This document shows positions 40,989 through 52,097 of a stretch of 64,000 bases of DNA, one piece after another. The stretch is from NCBI GenBank assembly GCA_002633005.1, contig NMRA01001044.1:767-64766 (forward strand). The letters run 5' to 3'. Both the position numbers and the translations under genes were made by a program. The stretch's first letter is position 1. Each line of letters opens with the position of its first letter. The stretch comes from Phoronis australis (Eukaryota; Animalia; Phoronida). The notes beneath the pieces are model-generated. The model was given only the letters and a program-made list of their open reading frames with translations. It was not told the origin of the DNA and searched no databases.

Positions 40989-41841
40989 GGCAGCCCAGAG
41001 CAGTTAGCATAGATGAACAGGTACCAACATCTGAGCATAGGAGCACTTAATAATTCACCTCAGTATAGGTATACAGAAATGGATGTCTGCCGTTGTCTGC
41101 TCTCTGGGTGTGAGCCCTGGGTACCTTACAAGGGGGCCAAAAATGAGCTACATTAGATATTTGAGGTATGGGCCAAAATTACTGCATTGAACACTGAAGG
41201 ACCCATGACGGACAAATTGCACTCTGGAATGAGTCTGGCAGAAACCAAAAAGGAATTTCAAAAAAATGAGCTAGCTCGTGCATTCGAGGTTCCACAAATA
41301 TCAACAATCTGTCCCAACATAGACTAATATCTATGGTCCCAATGAACTTCGGATTACCCATGATTGACAAATTGTCCTCTGGGAAGGGTTCACCGGAAAC
41401 TCAAAAACGACACCCAAAAGGGAGTTAGCTCATACATTCGAGGTACTACAATGAACAATTGTGTGTTATTCAAATAGATGTTCCTGGTTACCAAATGGCC
41501 TGTGACAAAACCCCATTCTGGGTTGTGTGCGCGACTGGGTGAGCTAGCTCATTTTGGGGTCCTTTTTGGATTCTGCCGGACTAATTCCAGAGTGAAATTT
41601 GTGTCGTGGGTCTTTCGGTATTCAGTACAGTACTATTGTCCCCGTTTTAAATCGGTTTCGACAGGTACCTCGAATATCTAATGTAGCTCATTTTTGGCCG
41701 CCTGGTAAGGTCCCCAGGGGTCACACCCAGAGTGCAGACAATGACAGACGTCCATTTCTGTATTTACTGCGGTGCACTCTAAGTGCTCCTATGGTCCAAT
41801 ATTGGTATCTCGTTCATCTATGATAAGTGCTACGGGCAGCT
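40989..41841. mobile_element. Foldback/MITE with ~290-bp degenerate TIRs
   Basis: 40989-~41280 is the reverse complement of ~41540-41841, e.g. GGCCAAAAATGAGCTACATTAGATATT vs AATATCTAATGTAGCTCATTTTTGGCC. Confidence 0.75.
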
Positions 41842-42230
41842 CAGTAGTACTGACCAACTGTTTCAACTTATTACGATACACGTCAAAATAAAAAAGCAAT
41901 ATTGAGAAAATCATGGGCCACTCAGCATTGAAAATGATGTGGAATTTCCCATTCTAACCATAGGCAGATTTAGGGGGGGGGGGGNAGATTGTGTTCTAGT
42001 GTCGAGGACATCCTGCAGTACATGTACAAATTAAGTAGCCAGACACGGATCACATCCTGCATCACATTAAGGTTACTCAGATATGAGCGTACTGTATAAA
42101 CAGGAATGAAACCTTTCCAGAAGCTTAATATACACAATGTTAAGTTAAAACTAAATTGGCAAAGATGAAATTGAAAATGGACTCGAGGGTATTTTAAGGC
42201 ATGATCACAATAAGTTCATGTGTCACTTAC

Positions 42231-42300
42231 TTGTTCACAAATGGCTGGATAAGTGAGGACGTGGGAGGTACATGTACTTGCTCAGGCTTTTGAAATGTCC
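42231..42300 (-). CDS. PARN: PARN internal exon (70 nt)
   Basis: ttttgtag acceptor and GTAAGT donor. Reads (G)TFQKPEQVHVPPTSSLIQPFVNK versus vertebrate [24 protein letters not shown]. Confidence 0.88.
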
Positions 42301-43129
42301 CTACAAAAATCGCATCAACAAATTGCAAACCAGCTTAGAAGAGATTGAAAACCAGGTCAGTTTTAGTAAGAGTTATTCACCAGTAGATCACATTATCAAA
42401 CTCCCAAGGTTTTATTCAGAAACATATGAGCAGAACACATAGTTGAATACTTTATTATAAATTTTTCAAAGACCTTTGAAAGAATCCCTCACAAATCATT
42501 TTTTTGTAAAACTCCAAAGAAGAGTCGGTCTCAAGATAACTTTGTGAAGCCACTGTGTAATTCAATGAAGATCTGGCTGAATTTGCTTACAAATAATCCT
42601 GGTAATATACAAATATCCATGCTCAGCCAAGTGACTTGACAGCGACAGTTAGAACCAATGTAAAACAGCATTGGCAATGTCTTGCCCAAGTTGTCTTTGA
42701 GTCATCATACATGTAGATGTATTGAAAATTATGGGGAAAAACATAGATTACTTATTAAAATTATGATTAAATACATACATTATTTATTAAGCTAAAAAGT
42801 CTGAAATGCTTCCCAAAAATACTCTACGTGTCGATCAAACCATTGACCAGCGCAGACAGCAAAGGGAGATGAAAGAAAACAAAAAGATGAAGAAAACTGG
42901 TAGCAAACCAAAAAAGTGATGGTATCGTCATAAAGCATTACAAAATAAGACAAAACAAATTGCTTTGAAATTTTCTTGATACTTCGACTAGAAGAGAGGT
43001 GTCAATTATTGCTTTTTGGCAACTACTGTGGGTCCATCAAGACAGTAAACAGCCGTCATTTCTTCACTATGGACCCACTGGCTGACTCAAATCGACTGTT
43101 CTGTTAGTCTTTGACTGGACTGGACCTAC

Positions 43130-43240
43130 CTAAGTAATTGCTGAGGCCTATGAAACACAAGCCTGTGATAAAAGCATCATAGCCAGCTTCGTGTAACGGC
43201 TCAGATGACGTACTGTACTTCTCAAAACCATCGGCCATCT
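43130..43240 (-). CDS. PARN: PARN internal exon (111 nt), copy A
   Basis: ttgcag acceptor and GTAGG donor. Reads [37 protein letters not shown], with H377/D382-equivalent catalytic residues. Confidence 0.92.
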
Positions 43241-43921
43241 CTGCAATAATAGCAAGTACACAGACTGATGTTTTCACAGCCACTTTCAGACTCCACTTGA
43301 TACAAGCAAAAATGTGCAGCATCAACACAGGACAAAGAGTACAGCATAATCTCGCCAATTAAGGACACATTAGGAAGGACAGGCAAATAGTTTTTGATGT
43401 TTTCATAAAAGATGAGCAATGTCAGGTAAGATAAACCCTTCAGCACATTTTATATTCAATACCTAACCATAACTAGCAAACATCTTTCTCGCAAATTGTG
43501 AGAATTCAAAATGGTGCCAGAAATCCCCTAAAATGAAAAAAAAAAAAATTTTGGCACTGATTGGTCGGAAAGAAGATATTTTAACGTACTATACTTTGGT
43601 GGTCTGCTTTTGTATAGTACTGTACTTAGGATGTTGAGAACAAAATAGAATGGTGACCAAACATTAACACAAACATGAACATTTGGCAAATATAGGCAAC
43701 GAATGTCATTACTGAATTTGTTTCATACTCAAATCAGTGACTGTGACTCATGCTGTTAGGTACAGAAAAAGGGCTTTTACTTGCAAGAGAAAACTTGAAC
43801 TTTGTAAGTGAAAACCGGCTGCTAAAAGATTGATAGATTACCCTCTTATTTTGTATGCTAAAATTGACAGACAAGACTAATTCTTTTATGTGTTGTCTAT
43901 GACAAACACTTGAAACCTCAC

Positions 43922-44084
43922 CAACTTCAGGTTTAGTGAAGGGCTTCAGCTCCAAGACTTTCTGAAGGTCACCGAGGGCAGTATTGAGTATGTGCTCCTT
44001 ATAAGGATGTGACGTTGCCATCACTTTAGTGTCGAGGAGTTGTGGAAAGATGGATTTGACCACCTCCTTGAAGTCAGCGTAGTC
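43922..44084 (-). CDS. PARN: PARN internal exon (163 nt), copy A
   Basis: Same splice sites as copy B. Reads DYADFKEVVKSIFPQLLDTKVMATSHPYKEHILNTALGDLQKVLELKPFTKPEV. Confidence 0.9.
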
Positions 44085-44271
44085 CTGGAACAATTAACAA
44101 CAAGCTCACACTTAAGGTTTATATAAATTGTGGGACCTTAGTAACAAGACTATGTACTTAGCAAAATATCTACAAAATTAGATTTTAAAACAACAGAGTA
44201 TAAATAACATGACCCCATCCCGCTTGATATAAATTTTCAAGATGAAATCTCACAAAGGCTGTTAGAGTTTC

Positions 44272-45248
44272 AAACAAGAGCAACGCAGAGCGTTGAAATG
44301 CGCCCACAATTGCGCCGTATACGGTATCCTTCTAGGGTTGTTTATTGGTACCATTAAGTGGCCAGTAGAGGGCATATATGTAGTATGTTGTACTTTGCAA
44401 AATGGAAAGGCATGGTCATTGTCTCCTCAATAGGCTAAGGGCAAAATGTTTGGTTGATAGAGGGGTGGACGCCAAAAAACAGACTCAAAAACAGTAAAAA
44501 TGGCCACTGGGTGTCGCAAACTAGGTCGAATCCATCCGAAAACGGGAGGATAGCGTCATCGCACTAATAGGTGCCTACATAACAAATTTCATGAAAATCC
44601 ATTAAGGACTTGTGAAGATACAGAGGTAAACGTAAAAAAATAAAATTGCCACTAGGGGGCATACTGGTAGGCGGATCCGTGCAAAAGTCGTCATCATCTG
44701 TTGTTAACATCATATAAATAGACTTATTAAATTTCGTAAAGATCCTACGAACGGTTTAGGAGATACAGCCATAGGCGCAAAAAAACAAAACTGCCACTAG
44801 GAGGCGCCACAGTAGTCCAAATCATCTGAAAATCATTGTCAGCTGTCCTCTTTATAGTAAGCATATACATGCCAATTTTCACAATCATCCTTTGAGCGGT
44901 TTGGTTGATAGAGGGGTGGACGCAAAAATACAGACTCGAAAACAGTAAAAATGGCCACTAGGTGGCGCAAACTATGCCGAATCCATCTGAAAATGTAAAG
45001 ATAACGTCATCTCACTAATAGGTGCCTACATACCAAATTTCATGAAAATCCGTTAAGGACTTTTGAAGATACAAAGGTAAGCGTAAAAAATTAAAATTGC
45101 CACTAGGGGGCACACCGGTAGTAGCATCCGTCCAAAAGTCGTCATCTTCCGTTGTTAACATCATATAAATATACTTACACAATTTCGTAAAGATCCTGCG
45201 AACGGTTTAGGAGATACAGCCATAGGCGCAAAAAAAAAAAACAAAACT
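44272..45248 (-). mobile_element. HINE-like element copy inserted in a PARN intron of copy A only; truncated by N
   Basis: Stem-loop CAACGC-AGA-GCGTTG at 44281-44295 and subTIR ATGCGCCCAC at 44298-44307. 451-bp higher-order repeat. Empty site at ~46403 in copy B. Confidence 0.8.
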
Positions 45249-45249
45249 N

Positions 45250-45357
45250 AGTAATTGCTGAGGCCTATGAAACACAAGCCTGTGATAAAAGCATCATAGC
45301 CAGCTTCGTGTAACGGCTCAGATGACCTACTGTACTTCTCAAAACCATCGGCCATCT
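45250..45357 (-). CDS. PARN: PARN internal exon, copy B, truncated by the N at 45249
   Basis: ttgcag acceptor. Reads [36 protein letters not shown] (catalytic HEAGYD motif). Confidence 0.85.
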
Positions 45358-46043
45358 CTGCAATAATAGCAAGTACACAGACTGATGTTTTCACAGCCAC
45401 TTTCAAACTCCACTTGATACAAGCAAAAATGTGCAGCATCAACACAGGACAAAGAGTACAGCATAATCTCACCAATTAAGGACACATTAGGAAGGACAGG
45501 CAAATAGTTTTTCATGTTTTCATAAAAGATGAGCAATGTCAGGTAAGATAAACCCTTCAGCACATTTTATATTTAATACCTAACCATAACTAGCAAACAT
45601 GTTTCTCGCAAATTGTGGGAATTCAAAATGGTGCCAGAAATCCCCTAAAAATGAAAAAAAAAACATAATTTTGGCACTGATTGGTCGGAAGGAAGATATT
45701 TTAACGTACTATACTTTGGTGGAATGCTTTTGTATAGTACTATACTTAGGATGTTGAGAACAAAACAGAATGGTGACCAAACATTAACACAAACAAGAGC
45801 ATTTGGCAAAAATATGCAACGAATGTCACTACTGAATTTGTTTCATACTCAAATCAGTGACTGTGACTCATGCTGTTAGGTACAGAAAAAGGGCTTTTAC
45901 TTGCAAGAGAAAACTTGAACTTTGTAAATGAAAACCGGCTGCTAAAAGCTTGACAGATTACCCTCTTATACCGTATGCTAAAATTGACAGACAAGAAGAC
46001 TAATTCTTTATGTGTTGTCTATGTCAAACACTTGAAACCTCAC

Positions 46044-46206
46044 CAACTTCAGGTTTAGTGAAGGGCTTCAGCTCTAAGACTTTCTGAAGGTCACTGAGGG
46101 CAGTATTGAGTATGTGCTCCTTATAAGGATGTGACGTTGCCATCACTTTAGTGTCGAGGAGTTGTGGAAAGATGGACTTGACCACCTCCTTGAAGTCGCC
46201 GTAGTC
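46044..46206 (-). CDS. PARN: PARN internal exon (163 nt), copy B
   Basis: ttccag acceptor and GTGAG donor. Reads DYGDFKEVVKSIFPQLLDTKVMATSHPYKEHILNTALSDLQKVLELKPFTKPEV (PARN FPRLLDTKLMA motif). Confidence 0.9.
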
Positions 46207-46900
46207 CTGGAACAATGAACAACCTCACACTTAATGTTTATGTAAATTGTGGGACCTTACTGACAAGATTATGTACTTAGCAAAATATCTACAAAATTAT
46301 AGATTTTGAAACAACAGAGTATCAACAGAGTATAAATAACATGACCCCATCCCACTTGATATAAATTTTCGAGATGAAATCTCACAAAGGCTGTTAAAGT
46401 TTTAAAAAATTGTCATTCTCTTTTCGTTTTATGCAACTTTTGAGTTTTTCAGTAAGACCATAAGAACACTATTTTTGACAGCCTCTCGAGCAAAAACAGA
46501 TCATTTTAAAAAGTTACAATTCCTTAAGGCTTTTTGGAGAACATGGTATACAGCGTAGTTTCATAAGAATCTGATCAGCCATTAGAGAGACAGGCCGTTT
46601 CAAAATTAGTCTATCATGGATATTTTTCTAATGTTCTACATAATCTCAACAGAGGCAGAACACCAGTTGTGAAGATGCAACTTCTTAAACATACTCCATC
46701 CTGTAATTGAGTACAGCAATGCAATTTCTAGAGATAAGTGAACGTAAATATTTGCACCTGCATAAACATTCACCTTCTGAAAATTCCACAAAAGAATGAA
46801 GCTCAAATTCATAAATTACAATGAAATTCAGCTCAAACAGATGTTTCAAAATCTAAATGTAAGCGTCCAACGTCAACACAAAAGCCATTACACATTGTAC

Positions 46901-46978
46901 CTGAGGCAGGGGACAGTTGAAGTGATTGATCACATGTATAAGATCTAGTAGCATGTTATGTCCAACGACCACCTTCCC
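46901..46978 (-). CDS. PARN: PARN poly(A)-specific ribonuclease internal exon (78 nt, GHN..LD motif)
   Basis: tttttcag acceptor and GTACA donor. Reads GKVVVGHNMLLDLIHVINHFNCPLPQ versus vertebrate PARN [25 protein letters not shown], including the catalytic Asp equivalent to D292. Confidence 0.93.
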
Positions 46979-47591
46979 CTGAAAAAGAAAATTTACTTCA
47001 CTGTAACGCAGCTCAATACCGTGTGGCAAAGACTGTAAGTTAAAGTGCATCGTTTTTTGTTGAGAAAGGTGATCATGTTTCACTTACAAACATTAAAGAC
47101 ACATAACAGCATGGCGTGGGACGTGGTTACCATAGCAAACCAGGCATCAAGCAGTGAAAGCGTGTAGAAATTTCATTCCTATGGCCAATTATATCTTGCT
47201 GCTGCGAAAAGAAATTATTTTCAGCAAACTGGCCATATAATCGTTTTAAGTTATCGATTATAATTGAATGTAATTTAATTTTTTAAACATGGTTAGGCAA
47301 AACATTATTGGACAGGGAGTCAGAAGAACTGCAATCTCATCTCACTGGAGAGAGTTCTATACTTATTCCTTGCGAGAAAGGCATGATCTTGCAATATTTT
47401 GCATGACCAAGTGAGTGTTTTGTAAGTATGCCTAGTAGCTTTCTAGCCCGTCCTAACAAAATGGTTGCCATTGAAGTGATTGTTTGTCGAGCTTGAAGTG
47501 CTGAATTATGGGGCTAAATCCAGTGTATCTGTTACACAAGTGAAGATTTTTTGCCAGAAGTGCAAGATAACATCTTGGGGTCTAAAGACTT

Positions 47592-47749
47592 TATTCACGC
47601 AGTCGCCATTTTAGTAGTGAGCCTCTTTTTAGGTTTAAAAAATAAAGCATTTGAGACATGAATGTAACAAGGCACTTCATTTAAGCGCAAATGCATTGTG
47701 TTTAAAACCTAAAAAGAGGCTCACTACTTAAATGGCGATTGCGTGAATA
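47592..47749. mobile_element. Palindromic MITE (~160 bp hairpin)
   Basis: Arms TATTCACGCAGTCGCCATTTTAGTAGTGAGCCTCTTTTTAGGTTT and AAACCTAAAAAGAGGCTCACTACTTAAATGGCGATTGCGTGAATA are near-perfect reverse complements. Confidence 0.75.
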
Positions 47750-47914
47750 CGATGTAAAGAAATCAACTTAGCCTTACATTTGCAAATCTTAAAGATCATC
47801 AACAAATCAGACATGAAAAAACTTGTAAAAGTACATCAATTAAATAGGCATGAGCCAAATGATATCTGGCAGACAAGTTTTTACACTTCTAATAAGTGCA
47901 AAATCTTGCATAAA

Positions 47915-48746
47915 ACTAATTCTATTTCAAAAAGGGAATTTCTATTCCAGTACCTTTTTGGGGTTGACTGCAGATTATGGAAATTTTGATGCAGAAATCA
48001 GGCAAAATGGGTGATTTTGCTGCCAAATCTTGTGATTTTAGAGGGAACATTCTCTCAATGTGCACATGTAGGTAGTCAAAAGCTACATTTCAGTTTTGGC
48101 CTCCACTTGAAGCAGTTCAATCATCTCATATCGAGTTAAAGGTGGCCATGACCAAGGATCATTTCTGCACATCGTGACCATTCAGTGAGCCATGTAGAGG
48201 TTGAGCCAAGTTCATTTCCACTATCTCCGAATGATAAAGCTAGGGCAAGACCACGGCCAAAGAATATTCTCTGCACTCTCAGAGACTACTCAGTGAAGTA
48301 GTTGTAAGAGTTGAATCATGGATTATATATTTCCTCAGACTACTCATAAAATCATTGGATCATGATCAGGGAATATTCTCTGTACTCTGTAACCTCCATG
48401 AGGTCATCAAGTAAAAGATCTTCTGGTTTTGGAAAAGCATTGTGAAAAATTAAACATGAGATACTCTGCAGTATTTTCAAAATACAGTTTACTTTGCAAA
48501 GATTGCTTCTGACTGAAGCTTAGGTGATGCTGTTATATTAAAAGGATACTATATCTTGATTTATCACTTGCGTAAATACTTAAAAACTCACTATTCTCCC
48601 CATTAGTGGTATTCTTAGTTGCATGAGAATGCTGGGATAGCGCTTTTCTCATGTGGGGAAAATTTAGCGGGTATATCACTAGCAATAACTGCGTTATTTG
48701 ATACGCCGTGGAAATCCTCACTTCACGCAAGTGCGTTGCAAGCCAC
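47915..48746 (+). repeat. ~830-bp interspersed repeat, inverted partner at 57157-57982 (and partially 56524-57155)
   Basis: Collinear reverse-complement similarity, e.g. GATGCAGAAATCAGGCAAAATGGGTGATTTTGCT vs AGCAAAATCACCCATTTTGCCTGATTTCTGCATC. Confidence 0.85.
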
Positions 48747-51744
48747 TTTTCCGGTGGAGTTGTAAAAAAATGAGGACTGAAAAATCTACACACTTGATAT
48801 TTTTTGGAGGGAGTCTGAAGTGTTTGGAGGGCTGTACGGAACTAGGCGATACGAATCTTTTGATATGCAGAACATGTATAGTTACTCTTTTATTTTTTAC
48901 GAAATTATGTTGAAAGGCAGATATTTTACGCATAATTGTCGCGTTTCAATGGCCATTTCTCGGCAACTGCTCGACCAATTTTTATGATTTTTGCACCATT
49001 TTATCTCTCACACCAAGTGCTTTTCAAAAATGTATGACACATGGGCTTAGTAAACTAAAAATTTAATGTCCTACCCTTGTCACAAAGCTGTGTACTAAAT
49101 TTACAGCTTTGCGCCGATATGGATAAAAAGCTGACCAGATAAAATCTGACACAAAATTAGTGTCATTAAAAACTACAACCTTCCTTGAGTACACTAAATT
49201 ATTTACCGGTCTGGGAAAAATTGGCATCATCTTCAGTTATGCTGTAGCTAAAGTTGTGGAGCGATCTGATGCATCGGCTTTCGGAGCAATAAAATATTGC
49301 GTCATCTATTGGGCAGTTTCTTTTTTCGCCGATTCTTCATTCAACTGTTCTTTTTCCACGAGGTTGCGTACATGTCACCACAATTTTTGGAACTGGTTTT
49401 ATTTCGTTACAAGTTTTCAGTATTTTAATATCAGCAAACCGAATTACACAACAAATTTTCTGGTGTTGGGAATGTCGCAGAATTTTAGTAAATGGCGCGT
49501 GCGTGTGTCACGAGCGTACTGTTTACAAAATGACAACATACTTTTCATTGTTACAAAAGGTGGAGAGTTACGCAAGAAAGTGACGTTTGTTGCATTGTTT
49601 TTCACTTAAACAGCTGTAACGATAGTAGGCAAGATGTAGTCCCTCGGTTGGCCGGTTAGGGCTACAATACTTTCCATGATCGCTTTCTGTACGAACTTCG
49701 TCCTGTGTATTTTAAGCCTGTGGTTCACCAAAACCAGTCACCGATTGAGAGGTTACACTTTTTCAAAAATACATTCTACACCTAAAACTATGACTTAAAA
49801 ATTAAGCGCTAACTTTATTCAGTGTTTCTTTCTACTTCTACACATGTCTGTGATGAAGTCTAGCTACGACGTTTGAGGTAACTTTGGCGAGGAATTCCAA
49901 CTCCACTTTTTGGTCATCGTTAACTTTTTCACCACGCGCGCGATAACCACAAAGTATCAAATTATTTTACGTGAGTTAGGCAAAGGTTAACGCGAGACTG
50001 AGCAAAGCGTGTGACGCTGGCTGGCGTGACACTTGCAAAATAGCATGGGAAGGTATCAGGTGAAATTTGTAAGATTTGTGTCCCTTGGACTTCTTAATCG
50101 TCAACTTGCGTGATTTCATGTAACTTCCTCAAAATGTCGCTACGGGGCACACCGGTAGTCGGAGAGGTCGTCATCTGTCGTCAGCTTGATAGAAACACAT
50201 CTGCCAAATCTCATCAAGATCCTGTGAGAGGTTTGGGAGATACAGCTGCGAAGCCAGATGCCCAGAGATGACTTCAATATGCACATAAAATTAGTTTTGG
50301 AATAAGTTTTGAAACCTACTCTTAACCATGGAAAGATGAAGATCCAAACTGCCCAAACCTGTGTACTTGAAATGTTTATTTATCACTGCTAAGATGAATG
50401 GTTGAAGATGATATCAACATTCCATGGCCTAAAGCTTTAGCCTAATTTTAAACAAGGGTCACTCTCCAGTTGTGTCATGGAAACCTAGGCTTGCAGTTGA
50501 GTTTGTGTACAGTGTGTAGACAGCTGTGTTGTGTGTTCTGACAAGTTATGGAAAGTTCTAAAATTTTCAAGGAAGGGTTAGCTGCTCTAAAACTTTTAAA
50601 CGTTCTTGACATTTCTATAACCAGTTCACTTTTAACTCATCTTTGAAAAAATAAAAAAAAATAATTTTCTTGTGGATTTAAAGGTTTGATTTGACAATAA
50701 AAGTGAAAGTTCTCTGAGGAGAGACACTTGGTGAAATCCAAAGAATATTTGGAGGTGAGGTAGACAATAAAACCAAGAGCACCAACAACCATGATCCAAT
50801 GTAACAGTAACATGCAAACAAATCTTATTTTATCCAACTTTATATTAATTCATATCAACCATTCCCAGGACTTCATATGAATGGTACATGATATAAATTG
50901 TTCATAAAAATTCACAATTTTAATGCATGATTGATATAATTTTCATGTAGTTTTTCACCAGTTAGGATAATTAAGTTATGTAATTTCTTATCACTTATCA
51001 ACCATGATAAATGATAAAAACGTTTTCCATGAATAATGATAATTTGTCATCAGCCTGATATGAATCGTCAACCAAACTGGGGGTTTTCCCATCATTGCAT
51101 TGAGATCGATAATGGAATTGATAGCCAGGCGTAATAAACATACCAGCAATTAATTTTGCTCAGAATTGAAAGATATTTCCATTACAAATGTGACTGAATA
51201 CTGAAATTAATTATTTCTTGTTAAATGAAATCTAATACTTATATACTATTATTAAATTTCAACATTAAGTTCAATGTCCAGTCTTACCTATTCAGCTGTT
51301 CTTAGTTCTGGAGTTACAAGCAGTTTGAAAAGACCGGGCTTTAGAGTTCAAGTTCGTAACCATGACAACTAATTGATAAAGCATGTTAAAGATAAACATT
51401 TCAAGCCAGTTTCAGAACATTAATATTGAGTTAGCAGACAACACTATAAACAGCAACTGTCACAATCTGTCTGACTGGTTTCATGAAGCTATTTGGTGAG
51501 CATTGTTTTCAACTGGCATTCGCATTTAGTTGAAACAGGTCCTAAAAAGTCTGGGACCTGTAGTTTCTTGAGATTCAAGTTATGAAATGAGGCAAGATAA
51601 AAATTTAATTTTAAAATCAGAATAACCATGCCAGTAGATACTTGACATTTAAAGCCAGTTAGCACTCAATACAATTACCAGACATAAAAAATAAATTTTT
51701 AAAGTACTTAATATTGTGATATGTCGAGATAATTTATCATTTAC

Positions 51745-52097
51745 TTGACTCGAAAACAGTAAAAATGGCCACTAGGTGGCGCAAAGTACCTCGAATCCGT
51801 CCGAAAACGGGAGGATGTCATCATCTCACTAATAGATAACTCCTAAATTTGATGAAAATCCACTGATATCCGAAGATACAAAGATAAGCGTAAAAAACTA
51901 AAATTGCCATTAGGGGGTTCAACGGTAGTCGTAGAGGTTCGAAATTCGTCACTGTCCGTCGTCAGCTTCATAGAAGCACATATGCCAAATCTCATCAAGA
52001 TCCTGTTTGGGGTTTAGGAGACAGCTGCGGATGCCGGAAACCCAGACAGAAATGACGGCAATATACGACCACATATGAATATGTGGGCGCATAAAAA
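51745..52097 (-). mobile_element. HINE-like element, partial (palindrome end); another fragment at ~50140-50290
   Basis: CCACATATGAATATGTGGGCGCATAAAAA terminus plus two monomers. Confidence 0.7.

Noticed and set aside
43130-46206. Tandem or mutually exclusive duplicated PARN exons
   Set aside because: The second copy starts exactly at an N join and introns are as similar as exons, as in five other N-joined pairs. Haplotype redundancy is more likely.
49160-49609. 149-aa ORF and the other 60-120-aa ORFs in the track
   Set aside because: No recognisable motifs, mostly non-ATG starts, located in repeat or intronic sequence. Expected by chance.
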